From assembly GCA_017558175.1 (NCBI GenBank), contig JAFYWH010000136.1, forward strand, positions 1 to 57,901: DNA of 57,901 nt, given 5' to 3'. Made by a program: the position numbers and the translations under genes. The stretch comes from Bacteroidaceae bacterium. Its GTDB lineage: Bacteria; Bacteroidota; Bacteroidia; Bacteroidales; Bacteroidaceae. The notes below the pieces were generated by a model that had not been told where the DNA came from, searched no databases, and saw only the letters and a list, made by a program, of their open reading frames with translations. Of this stretch, positions 19,489-31,031 are shown piece by piece (positions within the stretch are counted from its first letter, which is position 1; every line of letters begins with the position of its first letter).

Positions 19489-20289
19489 ATGGGACTCGTT
19501 AAACCGAAAAAATTCTTAGGACAACACTTTTTGAGGGATTTAGGTATCGCAAAAGACATAGCCGATACGGTAGACACGTGTCCTGATCTCCCTATTTTGG
19601 AAGTAGGTCCGGGCATGGGGGTACTCACCCAATTCCTGATGCAGAAGAACCGTGAAGTGAAGGTCGTGGAACTGGACTTCGAATCGGTGGCTTATCTGAA
19701 GGAGAACTTCGCAGCATTGGAAGGCCACATCATCGAAGACGACTTCCTGAAGCTGAAGTTGGAAAACACTTTCGAGGGAAATCCGTTTGTACTGACGGGC
19801 AACTACCCTTATAACATATCGAGCCAGATTTTCTTCAAGATGCTGGACTACAAGGACCTCATTCCTTGCTGTACGGGCATGATTCAGAAGGAAGTGGCCG
19901 AACGCATTGCAGCCGGTCCGGGAAGCAAGACTTACGGCATCTTGAGCGTGCTGATCCAGGCTTGGTACAAGGTGGAATATCTCTTTACGGTGCACGAACA
20001 CGTGTTCAATCCGCCTCCAAAGGTGAAGAGTGCCGTCATCCGCATGACCCGCAACGAGACTACCGACTTGGGATGCGACGAGAAGCTCTTCAAGCTGATT
20101 GTAAAGACCACCTTCAACCAGCGACGTAAGACGCTCCGCAACTCCATTGCAAGCATCTTGGACAAGAGCCATCCGCTGAGCGCCGACCCGATTTTCAACA
20201 AGCGACCGGAACAACTCTCCGTTCAGGAGTTCGTGGAGCTGACCAACCGCGTGGAAGCTGCCTTGGCCGAAAGCCGTCAGCAGCAGTAA
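19489..20289 (+). CDS. rsmA: 16S rRNA dimethyladenosine transferase
   Basis: KKFLGQHFL, EVGPGMG, GNYPYNISS, QKEVAER and FNQRRK motifs. Confidence 0.97.
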   Translation: MGLVKPKKFLGQHFLRDLGIAKDIADTVDTCPDLPILEVGPGMGVLTQFLMQKNREVKVVELDFESVAYLKENFAALEGHIIEDDFLKLKLENTFEGNPFVLTGNYPYNISSQIFFKMLDYKDLIPCCTGMIQKEVAERIAAGPGSKTYGILSVLIQAWYKVEYLFTVHEHVFNPPPKVKSAVIRMTRNETTDLGCDEKLFKLIVKTTFNQRRKTLRNSIASILDKSHPLSADPIFNKRPEQLSVQEFVELTNRVEAALAESRQQQ

Positions 20290-20328
20290 AAAGAACCTTT
20301 GTTATACATTTAAATAAGAACGTGTAGG

Positions 20329-21678
20329 ATGAAAGAATGGGAAGAATTGGAATTTGACCAAATCAAAGAGCTGATTGAGCAAAAGGATGCGAAAGCCATC
20401 AAGGAATTGCTCGTCGACCTGCACCCTGCGGATATAGCAGAACTTTGTGACGAACTGGATGTGGAAGAAGCACGCTTCATCTACACTCAACTCGATAATG
20501 AAACGGCAGCTCAGGTGCTGACCGAAATGGATGAGGACGCCCGTAAGGACTTCCTCGACATCCTCCCGTCTGAAACCATCGCCAAACGGTTCGTGGACTA
20601 CATGGACTCCGACGATGCGGTAGACATTATCCGTGAGATGGACGAAGAGAAGCAGGAGGAAATCCTCTCGCACATCGAAGACATCGAACAAGCGGGCGAC
20701 ATCGTAGACCTCTTGAAGTACGACGAAGATACCGCCGGTGGTCTCATGGGTACGGAAATGGTCATCGTGAAGGAGAACTGGAGTATGCCGGAATGTCTTC
20801 GCGAAATGCGTATCCAAGCCGAAGAAATGGACGAAATCTACTACGTTTATGTGGTAGACGATGAAGAGCGCCTCCGTGGTGTATTCCCATTGAAGCGGAT
20901 GATTACCAGTCCTTCCGTTTCGAAAGTAAAGCACGTCATGCGCAAGGAGCCTATCTCCGTTCACGTTGATACACCGGTGGACGAAGTGATCCAGACCATC
21001 GAGAAGTACAACCTCGTGGCCGTTCCGGTAGTCGACAGCATCGGTCGCCTCGTGGGCCGAATCACCGTAGACGACGTGATGGACGAAGTTCGTCAACAGG
21101 CCGAACGCGATTACCAGTTGGCTTCCGGTCTCTCGCAGGACGTAGAAACGGACGACAGCGTTTTGCGTCAAACGTCGGCACGTTTGCCTTGGTTGCTCAT
21201 CGGTATGTTGGGGGGTATCGGAAACTCCATGATTTTGGGTAATTTCGACTCTACCTTTGCCGCTCATCCCGAAATGGCACTCTACATTCCATTGATTGGT
21301 GGTACCGGGGGTAACGTGGGTACACAATCGTCGGCGTTGGTGGTACAAGGTTTGGCCAACAGCTCCCTCGATGCCAACAACACCTGGAAGCAGATTCTGA
21401 AAGAATCGGTAGTAGCATTGATCAATGCCACCATCATCTCCATGCTGGTGTATATTTATAACTTCATACGTTTTGGAGCTACAGCTACGGTATCTTATTC
21501 GGTATCACTCAGTTTGTTTGCCGTAGTAATGTTCGCTTCCATCTTCGGAACCCTTGTCCCGATGACCTTGGAAAAGCTCAAAATAGACCCAGCTATCGCT
21601 ACTGGTCCGTTTATCTCCATTACAAACGACATTATCGGCATGATGCTATACATGGGTATTACCGTACTTTTATCTTAA
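20329..21678 (+). CDS. mgtE: Magnesium transporter MgtE
   Basis: HPADIA N-domain, CBS pair, RLPWL, GGNVGTQS and DPAIATGPFI motifs. Confidence 0.96.
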   Translation: MKEWEELEFDQIKELIEQKDAKAIKELLVDLHPADIAELCDELDVEEARFIYTQLDNETAAQVLTEMDEDARKDFLDILPSETIAKRFVDYMDSDDAVDIIREMDEEKQEEILSHIEDIEQAGDIVDLLKYDEDTAGGLMGTEMVIVKENWSMPECLREMRIQAEEMDEIYYVYVVDDEERLRGVFPLKRMITSPSVSKVKHVMRKEPISVHVDTPVDEVIQTIEKYNLVAVPVVDSIGRLVGRITVDDVMDEVRQQAERDYQLASGLSQDVETDDSVLRQTSARLPWLLIGMLGGIGNSMILGNFDSTFAAHPEMALYIPLIGGTGGNVGTQSSALVVQGLANSSLDANNTWKQILKESVVALINATIISMLVYIYNFIRFGATATVSYSVSLSLFAVVMFASIFGTLVPMTLEKLKIDPAIATGPFISITNDIIGMMLYMGITVLLS

Positions 21679-21794
21679 AAAGTATAACGGATAAACGAAA
21701 AAACGCCCCAAAAGTTATGAAATACTAAAATATTTCGCTTATTTTGTAAAACGTATGTTTATACATACAATGATAGTTGACCTTTAAAATCTAT

Positions 21795-23579
21795 ATGATG
21801 GACTCAAATGAAAATCGCCCCTTAACTGAAGTTGCCGTACAAGAAGCAGCCGAAGTAGCAGCAGTAGCCGAAGTTACTGCCACTCCTATCCAATCGAAGG
21901 AAGATGTTATTGCCCGTTTACAAGCCCTTAACCAACAGGAAGAACCAGCGGACAAGACCGAACTTGATGCATTGAAACAAACATTCTACCGCCTGCGTAA
22001 TGCCGAAGTAGAAGCCGCTCGTAAGTCATTCGAAGAGAACGGTGGCAATCCGGAAGCATTCGTCAGCCCTAAGGATGAGTCTGAAATACAGTTCAAAGAA
22101 ATCATGGGGTCCATCAAAGAAAAATTGAACGCTTTGAAAGCTGAAGAAGAACAGGAAAAGCTTGAAAACTTGGAAAAGAAGCTGGCTATCATTGAACGCA
22201 TGAAGGAGTTGGCCGAATCTCCGGAAGAAGCCAACAAGGCATACAACGAATTCAAGAAACTCCAGGCAGAATGGAACGAAATCAAGAACATTCCGGCTGC
22301 CAAGGTAAACGAAATATGGAAAAGCTACCAATTGCAGACCGAAAAGTTCTACGATTTGCTCAAGCTCAACCACGAATTCCGCGAATACGACTTCAAGAAG
22401 AACCTTGAAATCAAGCTCGGCCTTTGCGAAGCTGCCGAAAAGTTGACTCAAGAGGAAGATGTGATTTCTGCTTTCCATCAGTTGCAGAAGCTTCATCAGG
22501 AATTCCGCGAAGCCGGTCCGGTAGCCAAGGAACAACGCGAAGAAATCTGGAACCGGTTCAAGGCGGCATCTACCATCATCAACCGTCGTCATCAGCAGCA
22601 TTTCGAGGAAATCAAGGAAAGAGAACAACGCAATTTGGACGAAAAGACCGTCATCTGCGAAATCGTGGAAGCGATGGAGTACGACAAGATGATCACTTTC
22701 CAAGATTGGCACGACAAAACCGAAGAAGTATTGGCTCTCCAAGCTAAATGGAAGACCATCGGTTTTGCACCTCAGAAGATGAACACCAAGATTTTCGAAC
22801 GTTTCCGTACAGCTTGCGACGATTTCTTCAAGCGTAAGGCAGACCACTTCAAGACTTTGAAGGGCAGCATGAACGACAACTTGGAAAAGAAGAAACAGAT
22901 GTGCGAAAAGGCAGAATCGTTGAAAGACAGCACCGATTGGAAAGCTACAGCCGACATCCTCACCAAGCTTCAGAAGGAATGGAAGGAAGTAGGTCCGGTA
23001 GCCAAGAAGTTCTCTGAACCTATCTGGAAACGTTTCGTAACCGCTTGCGACTACTTCTTCGAACAGAAGAGCAAGGCCGAAGCCGTTCATCGTACAGCCG
23101 AACAAGAAAACTTGGATAAGAAGAAGACTATCATCGAAAAACTGAACGCCATCAATAAAGAAGAGTCTCCATCGGAAAAGAGCGGTAACATCATCCGCGA
23201 ATTGATGAAAGAATGGAACAGCATCGGTCATGTACCGTTTAAGGACAAGGATAAGATCTACAAGCAATACCGTACTGTAGTAGATGCATTGTTCGACAAA
23301 TTGAACTTGTCGGCTTCAAAGAAGAAGTTGAACAACTTCAAATCGAACATCAACAAGGAGACAAACTTACTCCGCGAACGCGAAAAATTGGTTCGTGCTT
23401 ACGAAAATATGAAGAGCGAAATCAAGACTTACGAAAACAACATCGGCTTCTTGACCAGTTCTTCCAAGAAGGGCAATAGCCTCGTCAGCGAATTGAACCG
23501 CAAGATAGACAAATTGAAAGCAGATTTGGAATTGATTACCCAGAAAATTGCAGTAATCGACGAATCCATCAAAGAATAA
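21795..23579 (+). CDS. DUF349 repeat coiled-coil protein
   Basis: Repeated ENL.KK..I.E...LQ.EW..IG.V.....IW.RF...C..FF units. Confidence 0.88.
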   Translation: MMDSNENRPLTEVAVQEAAEVAAVAEVTATPIQSKEDVIARLQALNQQEEPADKTELDALKQTFYRLRNAEVEAARKSFEENGGNPEAFVSPKDESEIQFKEIMGSIKEKLNALKAEEEQEKLENLEKKLAIIERMKELAESPEEANKAYNEFKKLQAEWNEIKNIPAAKVNEIWKSYQLQTEKFYDLLKLNHEFREYDFKKNLEIKLGLCEAAEKLTQEEDVISAFHQLQKLHQEFREAGPVAKEQREEIWNRFKAASTIINRRHQQHFEEIKEREQRNLDEKTVICEIVEAMEYDKMITFQDWHDKTEEVLALQAKWKTIGFAPQKMNTKIFERFRTACDDFFKRKADHFKTLKGSMNDNLEKKKQMCEKAESLKDSTDWKATADILTKLQKEWKEVGPVAKKFSEPIWKRFVTACDYFFEQKSKAEAVHRTAEQENLDKKKTIIEKLNAINKEESPSEKSGNIIRELMKEWNSIGHVPFKDKDKIYKQYRTVVDALFDKLNLSASKKKLNNFKSNINKETNLLREREKLVRAYENMKSEIKTYENNIGFLTSSSKKGNSLVSELNRKIDKLKADLELITQKIAVIDESIKE

Positions 23580-23584
23580 AAAAG

Positions 23585-23613
23585 AAAAGGTGAGGCATTA
23601 AGCTTCACCTTTA
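23585..23613. terminator. Probable bidirectional terminator
   Basis: AAAAGGTGAGGC-ATTAA-GCTTCACCTTTA between the DUF349 gene and the convergent tRNA. Confidence 0.65.
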
Positions 23614-23705
23614 TTTATATTATATACTCAAATCCTTCTTACCTCCACCCTTCTTGTTAGAACTTAGACATAAAAAAAGTGCAGAAGAAAACCTCTGCAC
23701 TTCAG

Positions 23706-23776
23706 TTGGACTACCAGGACTCGAACCTGGAAAAACAGGACCAGAATCTGTTGTGTTACCATTACACCATAGTCCA
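23706..23776 (-). tRNA. tRNA-Gln (CTG)
   Basis: Minus strand TGGACTATGGTGTAATGGTAACACAACAGATT-CTG-GTCCTGTTTTTCCAGGTTCGAGTCCTGGTAGTCCAA: acceptor stem, D arm, T loop GTTCGAG. Confidence 0.95.
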
Positions 23777-24020
23777 ATCTTTCATCAGAACCACCCGTTC
23801 TGTTTTGACGATGCAAAGATACTGCTTTTTTAGCACACTCCAAATTTTTCCACTACTTTTTTCGAAAAAAAATGATTTTCTTGGTTTTTTGGCCTTAAAA
23901 AATCAAAAACAAGGCAGATTTCACCCCCTTTTTTTCATTCATAAAGCAAAACCAAGTATCTTTGTACTTTGTTTTTTACCCCAAAGAACAAACTTTATTT
24001 CAGTTGACAATAAAACAAGA

Positions 24021-24380
24021 ATGAATCAAACAGAATTATTAGTAAAAAAGATAACAGAAGGTATCCAGGAAAAGAAAGGTCAAAAAATCGTAGTTGCCGA
24101 TTTGACTGAAATCAACGATACCATTTGCAACTATTTTGTAATCTGCCAAGGGAACTCCCCAAGCCAAGTATCCGTCATTACCGATTCGGTATGGGACATC
24201 GTACACGAAGAAACTGGCGAGAAGCCATCTGCTATCGACGGAGTTCGCAATGCACAATGGGTAGCCATGGATTATAGCGACGTATTGGTACACATCTTCC
24301 TGCCCGAAGTGAGAGAATTCTATAATTTGGAAAATTTGTGGGCAGACGCCAAATTGACTTACATTCCAGACATTGACTAA
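24021..24380 (+). CDS. rsfS: Ribosome silencing factor
   Basis: EKKG..IVVADL, YFVIC.G.S..QV and WVAMDY.DVLVHIF..REFYNLE.LW motifs; start ATG 24021. Confidence 0.95.
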   Translation: MNQTELLVKKITEGIQEKKGQKIVVADLTEINDTICNYFVICQGNSPSQVSVITDSVWDIVHEETGEKPSAIDGVRNAQWVAMDYSDVLVHIFLPEVREFYNLENLWADAKLTYIPDID

Positions 24381-24400
24381 CTATTCATTATAAATAAGAA

Positions 24401-26383
24401 ATGAACGAAACAAACAACAATAAACCCAAGATGAACATGCCACGCTTCAACTTAAGCTGGTTGTACATGTTCATAGCAATGACCATTGCATACCTTTATT
24501 TTACGAGTGACGGAAGTTCCGGCATCGACAAGCAATTGTCGTACACCGAATTCAAGACCATGGTAAACAAGGGATATGCCAGCAAGATCATTGCCTACAA
24601 CGACAATACGGTAGATATGTTCATCAAGCCGGAATTCGTAAAGGAAGTATTCAAGGACGATTATAAAAAGGTAGGCAGAAGTCCATCTATGCACGTGGAA
24701 GTAGGTTCGATGGAAACATTGGACAAGTTCCTCGAAAAAGCACAAGAAGATGGTAACTTCACCGGCGAAATCAGCTATGAAAAGAAATCCGACATGTTCG
24801 GTACAATCTTCTGGAACATCGCTCCTATCTTCTTCATCATTGCCATCTGGATATTCATCATGCGTCGCATGGGAGGTGGTGGCGGAGGTGGTGTCAACCC
24901 ATTCTCTGTAGGCAAGAGCAAAGCACAAGTTTATGAGAAAGGGAACAATGCCATCAAGATTACCTTTAAAGATGTAGCCGGACAAGAAGGTGCCAAGCAA
25001 GAAATTCAGGAAATTGTCGATTTCTTGAAGCAACCACAAAAATATACCGAATTGGGTGGTAAGATTCCTAAAGGAGCTTTGTTGGTAGGCCCTCCGGGAA
25101 CCGGTAAGACCTTGTTGGCCAAAGCCGTAGCTGGCGAAGCCGATGTTCCATTCTTCTCCATGTCGGGTTCCGACTTCGTAGAAATGTTCGTGGGTGTAGG
25201 TGCATCTCGCGTACGCGACTTGTTCCGTCAAGCTAAAGAAAAGGCTCCTTGTATCATCTTCATCGACGAAATCGATGCAGTAGGTCGTGCCCGTAGCAAG
25301 GGTCCAAACATGGGAGGTAACGACGAACGCGAGAACACGTTGAACCAGTTGCTCACCGAGATGGATGGTTTCGGCACCAATAGTGGTGTCATCATTTTGG
25401 CAGCTACCAATCGCGCCGACATTTTGGACAAGGCACTTCTTCGTGCCGGACGTTTCGACCGACAGATTCATGTAGACTTGCCTGACTTGAACGAACGTAA
25501 GGCAGTATTCGAAGTACACTTGAAGCCATTGAAACTGGACAACACTGTAGATCCTGATACCCTTGCCCGCCAAACACCGGGATTCAGTGGTGCGGACATT
25601 GCGAATGTATGTAACGAAGCAGCCTTGATTGCTGCCCGCCATAAGAAGAATGCTGTAGGCAAACAAGATTTCTTGGATGCCGTAGACCGCATTATCGGTG
25701 GTTTGGAAAAGAAGACCAAGATCATGACCATGCATGAAAAGCGTTCTATCGCCCTTCATGAGGCTGGTCACGCTACCATTTCTTGGTTCTTGGAACACGC
25801 CAATCCATTGATTAAGGTAACCATCGTACCTCGTGGACGTGCTTTGGGAGCAGCTTGGTACATGCCGGAAGAACGCCAAATCACTACCAAAGAACAGATG
25901 TTGGATGAAATGTGTGCTACCTTAGGTGGTCGTGCAGCTGAAGAATTGTTCATCGGACATATTTCAACCGGCGCCATGAACGACTTGGAAAGAGTAACCA
26001 AGCAAGCGTATGGCATGATTGCTTATGCTGGCATGAGCGACAAGTTGCCAAACGTCTGCTATTATAATAATGAAGAGTATTCATTCAACAAACCATATAG
26101 TGAACGTACAGCAGAGTTGATTGATGAAGAAGTAAAGCGCATGATCAACGAACAATACGAACGCGCCAAGGAAGTATTGACTACCCACAAGGAAGGTCAC
26201 AACCAATTGGCCCAATTGTTGATTGAAAAGGAAGTGATTTTTGCGGAAGATGTAGAAAAAATCTTTGGCAAGCGTCCTTGGACATCACGTTCGGAAGAAA
26301 TCATGAACCAGAAGGAAGAAAGCGTTTTGCCGGAAGAAACAACTCCGGAAGAAACACCATTATTGGAAAACAAAGAAGCATAA
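24401..26383 (+). CDS. ftsH: ATP-dependent zinc metalloprotease FtsH
   Basis: Two TMs, [39 protein letters not shown]. Confidence 0.98.
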   Translation: MNETNNNKPKMNMPRFNLSWLYMFIAMTIAYLYFTSDGSSGIDKQLSYTEFKTMVNKGYASKIIAYNDNTVDMFIKPEFVKEVFKDDYKKVGRSPSMHVEVGSMETLDKFLEKAQEDGNFTGEISYEKKSDMFGTIFWNIAPIFFIIAIWIFIMRRMGGGGGGGVNPFSVGKSKAQVYEKGNNAIKITFKDVAGQEGAKQEIQEIVDFLKQPQKYTELGGKIPKGALLVGPPGTGKTLLAKAVAGEADVPFFSMSGSDFVEMFVGVGASRVRDLFRQAKEKAPCIIFIDEIDAVGRARSKGPNMGGNDERENTLNQLLTEMDGFGTNSGVIILAATNRADILDKALLRAGRFDRQIHVDLPDLNERKAVFEVHLKPLKLDNTVDPDTLARQTPGFSGADIANVCNEAALIAARHKKNAVGKQDFLDAVDRIIGGLEKKTKIMTMHEKRSIALHEAGHATISWFLEHANPLIKVTIVPRGRALGAAWYMPEERQITTKEQMLDEMCATLGGRAAEELFIGHISTGAMNDLERVTKQAYGMIAYAGMSDKLPNVCYYNNEEYSFNKPYSERTAELIDEEVKRMINEQYERAKEVLTTHKEGHNQLAQLLIEKEVIFAEDVEKIFGKRPWTSRSEEIMNQKEESVLPEETTPEETPLLENKEA

Positions 26384-26407
26384 AAATTACTTAACACCCA
26401 TACTGAC

Positions 26408-27244
26408 ATGAAAAATTTTATTCAACGCGCAATTACAGGTCTGATATTCGTAGCCGTATTGATAGGCTGTATGATTGGAGGTCCGTTGTCTTTCGGATTG
26501 TTGTTCTGCATCATCAGTGCTTTGGCAACAGCTGAGTTCTGCAACTTGATGAACCAACAGGAAGGAGTTAAAATGAACCGCAATATTTGCGTGTTGGGTA
26601 GCGTATCCTTGTTCCTCTGCTTCTTCTACTATGGCATGAATCCGGCTCAAACCGGCATCTTCATTCCATACCTTATTATTATTATCTATTTAATGATAAG
26701 CGAGCTTTATTTGAAGAAGGAAAATCCATTGAACAGTTGGGCATACGCCATGTTCAGCCAGCTTTATGTAGGTCTTCCATTCGCCTTGTTGAATGTATTA
26801 GCCTTCCATTCCAACGATTGGGAATCGGCTTCGCAATACCAATTCATCCTTCCATTGTCTATCTTCATCTTCAATTGGGTGAACGACTCGGGCGCTTATT
26901 GCACAGGCGTATTGTTCGGCAAGCATCCGTTGTTCAAGCGTGTTTCTCCTAAGAAGTCATGGGAAGGTTCAATTGGTGGAGCTACCCTTAGTATCGCAGC
27001 TTCGTTTGCATTGGCACACTTCTTCCCTATCATGTCGACAGCAGCTTGGGTAGGTATGTCGTTGGTAGTGGTGGTATTCGGTACATGGGGAGACTTGACC
27101 GAATCATTGATGAAGCGCCACTTGGGTATCAAGGATTCAGGAAACTTGCTTCCAGGGCATGGAGGCGCACTCGACCGCTTCGACAGTACCATTATGGCAG
27201 TTCCAGCGGCCGTAGTATACCTCTATTTCATTACTCTTTTCTAA
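26408..27244 (+). CDS. cdsA: Phosphatidate cytidylyltransferase
   Basis: SPKKSWEG and GDL.ES.MKR..GIKDSG..LPGHGG.LDRFDS motifs. Confidence 0.96.
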   Translation: MKNFIQRAITGLIFVAVLIGCMIGGPLSFGLLFCIISALATAEFCNLMNQQEGVKMNRNICVLGSVSLFLCFFYYGMNPAQTGIFIPYLIIIIYLMISELYLKKENPLNSWAYAMFSQLYVGLPFALLNVLAFHSNDWESASQYQFILPLSIFIFNWVNDSGAYCTGVLFGKHPLFKRVSPKKSWEGSIGGATLSIAASFALAHFFPIMSTAAWVGMSLVVVVFGTWGDLTESLMKRHLGIKDSGNLLPGHGGALDRFDSTIMAVPAAVVYLYFITLF

Positions 27245-28379
27245 CAGAAAGCAATTCAATCATTTTCGATGCGGCCTGGTGGGATGCTCCTGCCGGGCCT
27301 AATATTTTTATCATCCGGTCGTATTCCTTCAGCATCTGTTCACGATATTCCTCATCGTTAAGCAAAGCATTTAATTGGGAACGAACGTTAGCTACCGTCA
27401 TAGTATCGGCTACCAATTCACGAACGACTTCCTTGTTTGCCACCAAATTGACCAAAGAAATGTACTTCACCTTCAAGATATGGCGACGCAAGAAAGCAAT
27501 CAATTTGCCCACCGGCGTGTAATAACAAACCGCCTGAGGCACACGGAAGAGTGCTGTTTCCAACGTAGCTGTACCCGATGTGACCAATGCACCACTGGCT
27601 TGTTGCAACAAACGATAAGTCTGTCCGAAAATAATCTTCACCGGCACATCGTTACCCACATACTCCTGATAATAAATCGGATCGATGCCCGGAGCACCGG
27701 CCAATACCAACTGATACTTATCCACAAAAGGCTTGGCAGCCTCCAACATCATCGGAAGATTATCCTTGATTTCTTGCTTTCGGCTACCGGCCAACAAAGC
27801 TACAATCGGCTTGCCTGACAAAGAATTGGATGCTACAAACTCTTCGAAAGTCTCGGCATGATTCTTCTGATAGGTATCAACCGCATCTACGCACGGATTT
27901 CCCACATAATGAATGGGATACTGGTGCCCCTTGAAAAAGTCCACCTCGAAAGGAAGAATGGAAAAAAGCTCGTCCACATCCCGCTTGATGTTCTTGATGC
28001 GATATTCCTTCCATGCCCAAATCTTGGGAGAGATATAATAATAAATAGGTATAGTGGTGTTCTTCTTGATATATTCGGCTATCTTCAAGTTGAACCCCGG
28101 ATAATCCACCAAAATGACCACATCCGGTTGCCAAGCGACGATATCCTGCTTACAATAGTCCATGTTCTTGAAGATGGTTCGCAGATGCAAAAGCACTGGA
28201 ATGAATCCCATATAGGCCAAGTCCTTGTAATGCTTCACAAGGGTTCCACCTACGCCTTTCATCAAATCGCCACCAAAGAAACGGAAATCCGCTTGAGGAT
28301 CACGCTCCTTTAAGGCACGCATCAAATTGGATGCATGCAAGTCTCCAGAAGCCTCGCCTACTATCAAATAATATTTCAT
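27231..28379 (-). CDS. lpxB: Lipid-A-disaccharide synthase
   Basis: GEASGD, DYPGFN, SPKIWAW, ILPFE, GSRKQE and SGTATLE motifs. Confidence 0.97.
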   Translation of the reverse strand: MKYYLIVGEASGDLHASNLMRALKERDPQADFRFFGGDLMKGVGGTLVKHYKDLAYMGFIPVLLHLRTIFKNMDYCKQDIVAWQPDVVILVDYPGFNLKIAEYIKKNTTIPIYYYISPKIWAWKEYRIKNIKRDVDELFSILPFEVDFFKGHQYPIHYVGNPCVDAVDTYQKNHAETFEEFVASNSLSGKPIVALLAGSRKQEIKDNLPMMLEAAKPFVDKYQLVLAGAPGIDPIYYQEYVGNDVPVKIIFGQTYRLLQQASGALVTSGTATLETALFRVPQAVCYYTPVGKLIAFLRRHILKVKYISLVNLVANKEVVRELVADTMTVANVRSQLNALLNDEEYREQMLKEYDRMIKILGPAGASHQAASKMIELLSVRKE

Positions 28380-29149
28380 ACGTTCAAGTTCCAGTTTCTC
28401 AGTTCATTAATCATGGCATAAGCCGTCATATCTATCTGAATAGGGGTAATGGCTACATATCCATGCTCCAATGCCCAACGATCGGATTCCTCTGCTTCGG
28501 GTTCATTGTTCGTGAACTTTCCGGTGAGCCAAAAGTATTCTCCTCCCTTAGGATGTTGGCCACGAGCCCATTCGTTTCCCCAGCTGGCATCGGTCATTCT
28601 ACAGATACGAACACCTTTCAATTCGGCACCCTTCGGTGCATTTACATTCAGACAAGTGCCTTTCGGGAGACCATGAGTCAAGACTTCTTCGGCAATGCGA
28701 CGAACGTAAGGCAACATCGGAGTGAAATCGGCATCGGCATCATGGTCACACAAGGAATAGCCGATGGCTGGAACACCCTTCATACAACCTTCGAGAACCA
28801 CACCCATGGTGCCCGAATAGTGAACGTTCACGGCCGAATTGTCGCCATGATTGATTCCACCAATCACCAAATCCGGACAACGGGGCAAGAGATCGAACAT
28901 GGCGAGCTTCACACAATCCACCGGAGTACCCGTACATTTATAGATAGACAAGTCTTTTTCTTCCTTTACCTTATAATAACGGACGGGGAATTCGGAAGTA
29001 ATCGCAGCCGAAGCACCCGATCGAGGTCCGTCCGGAGCCATTACCACAATTTCACCCAAACCTGCAAGCGTTTCGACCAAAACGCCGAGGCCCTTTGACG
29101 AAAACCCGTCGTCGTTCGATATCAATATCAATGGTTTTTCATTCTTCAT
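28376..29149 (-). CDS. surE: 5'/3'-nucleotidase SurE
   Basis: ISNDDG, GTPVDCV and GINHG.N....YSGT motifs; start ATG 29149. Confidence 0.97.
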   Translation of the reverse strand: MKNEKPLILISNDDGFSSKGLGVLVETLAGLGEIVVMAPDGPRSGASAAITSEFPVRYYKVKEEKDLSIYKCTGTPVDCVKLAMFDLLPRCPDLVIGGINHGDNSAVNVHYSGTMGVVLEGCMKGVPAIGYSLCDHDADADFTPMLPYVRRIAEEVLTHGLPKGTCLNVNAPKGAELKGVRICRMTDASWGNEWARGQHPKGGEYFWLTGKFTNNEPEAEESDRWALEHGYVAITPIQIDMTAYAMINELRNWNLNV

Positions 29150-29348
29150 AATTATTCCTTTCCTTCTTAATATTCCGTAAAGATACAACCTTTCGACGAA
29201 CTTCCGGCATGAGTTTTAGAAAATTTACTTATCTTTGCCACGTTAGTTATTAACAAAACCCTTGAGTTATCAACAGTTTTGCGAAAGTCTGCCCAAATTA
29301 GTAGGTGCTCTCACCGATTATTTGTTATTTCGCACCGAGAAAAACTAG

Positions 29349-30122
29349 ATGATTATGGGAAAAATTATTGCTTTAGCCAATCAGAAAGGTGGCGTGGGAA
29401 AGACAACAACAACCATCAACCTCGCTGCATCTCTGGCTACATTGGAGAAGAAGGTACTGGTGATTGATGCTGACCCTCAGGCGAATGCATCGTCCGGATT
29501 GGGTGTGGACTTGAAGGAAGTGGAATGTTCGGTATACGAATGCCTTATCAACCAAACGGACATCAGAGAAGCAATTTATACAACCGACATCGACGGATTG
29601 GACATCATTCCTTCGCACATCGACCTCGTAGGTGCGGAGATCGAAATGCTGAACCTCGACAGTCGGGAAAACATTATGAAGAAACTATTGGCACCGATGA
29701 AGAACGAGTACGACTATATCCTCATAGACTGCTCTCCTTCGTTAGGACTGATTACCATTAATGCACTTACTGCGGCCGATTCGGTCATCATTCCTGTGCA
29801 ATGCGAATATTTCGCCTTGGAAGGAATCAGCAAGTTGCTGAATACGATAAAGATTATCAAGTCGAAACTGAATCCAGCTTTGGAAATCGAAGGTTTCCTG
29901 CTCACCATGTTCGATTCGCGCCTCCGTTTGGCCAATCAGATATACGATGAAGTGAAGAGACATTTTCAGGAACTGGTATTCAAGACGATTATACACCGCA
30001 ATGTCAAGCTGAGCGAAGCGCCCAGCCACGGGATTCCCGCTATTCTTTACGATGCGGACTCCAACGGCGCAAAGAACCATTTGGCATTGGCGAAGGAAAT
30101 TATCACTAAGAACAACAAGTAA
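29349..30122 (+). CDS. parA: Chromosome partitioning ATPase ParA/Soj
   Basis: NQKGGVGKTTT, DADPQANAS, DCSPSLG and PVQCEYFALEG motifs. Confidence 0.97.
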   Translation: MIMGKIIALANQKGGVGKTTTTINLAASLATLEKKVLVIDADPQANASSGLGVDLKEVECSVYECLINQTDIREAIYTTDIDGLDIIPSHIDLVGAEIEMLNLDSRENIMKKLLAPMKNEYDYILIDCSPSLGLITINALTAADSVIIPVQCEYFALEGISKLLNTIKIIKSKLNPALEIEGFLLTMFDSRLRLANQIYDEVKRHFQELVFKTIIHRNVKLSEAPSHGIPAILYDADSNGAKNHLALAKEIITKNNK

Positions 30123-30131
30123 GAAAACGAT

Positions 30132-31028
30132 ATGGCAGTACAGAAGAAATTTGCTTTGGGACGCGGATTGGACGCCTTGATTTCTACCGAAGAAGTCAAG
30201 ACATCGGGTTCCTCATCCATCAACGAAATCGAGCTGAGCAAAATCTCCGTCAATCCCAACCAGCCACGCCGTGAGTTCGATCCGGTGGCCTTGCAGGAGT
30301 TGGCCGACTCTATTGCCGAAATCGGAATCATCCAGCCGATTACCCTTCGCCAATTGAGCGAAGATTCCTATCAGATCATTGCCGGCGAACGTAGATATCG
30401 TGCTTCCATCCAAGCCGGATTGAGAAGCGTACCAGCCTACATCCGCACCGCCGACGATGAGAATGTAATGGAAATGGCGTTGATAGAGAACATCCAGCGT
30501 GAAGACCTCAATTCGTTGGAAATCGCATTGGCCTATCAGCACCTTTTGGAACAGTACGGCCTCACTCAGGAGCGACTCAGCGAACGAGTAGGCAAAAAGC
30601 GCACCACCATTGCCAACTATTTGCGCTTGTTGAAGCTCCCTGCCCTTATTCAAGTGGCACTGAAGAACAAGGAAATAGACATGGGACATGCCCGTGCCCT
30701 CTTGGCTTTGGACGACCCCAAAATACAAATCCGTATTTTCAACGAAATCCAGTCACAAGGCTATTCCGTGCGGAAGGTGGAAGAAATTGTCAAGGCTCTT
30801 ACAGCCGGCGAAACCATCGAAAGCGGTGGAAAGAAAATCAAGGCCGCAGGCAGCAAATTGTCCGAAGAATACATGATGTTACAACAACATCTGTGCGGAT
30901 TCTTCGGTTCAAAAGTACAGTTGTCCTGTACAGCCAAAGGTAAAGGAAAAATCAGTATACCATTCAACAATGAAGAGGATTTGGAACGCATCATGGAAAT
31001 CCTCGACTCATTAAAAAAAGAGAACTAA
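30132..31028 (+). CDS. parB: Chromosome partitioning protein ParB/Spo0J
   Basis: LGRGLDAL, QPR, IAGERRYRA, ENIQREDL and HTH. Confidence 0.97.
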   Translation: MAVQKKFALGRGLDALISTEEVKTSGSSSINEIELSKISVNPNQPRREFDPVALQELADSIAEIGIIQPITLRQLSEDSYQIIAGERRYRASIQAGLRSVPAYIRTADDENVMEMALIENIQREDLNSLEIALAYQHLLEQYGLTQERLSERVGKKRTTIANYLRLLKLPALIQVALKNKEIDMGHARALLALDDPKIQIRIFNEIQSQGYSVRKVEEIVKALTAGETIESGGKKIKAAGSKLSEEYMMLQQHLCGFFGSKVQLSCTAKGKGKISIPFNNEEDLERIMEILDSLKKEN

Positions 31029-31031
31029 GTT

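Noticed and set aside
23679-24020. 114-aa N-terminal extension of RsfS
   Set aside because: Overlaps tRNA-Gln on the opposite strand and its promoter region; real start at 24021
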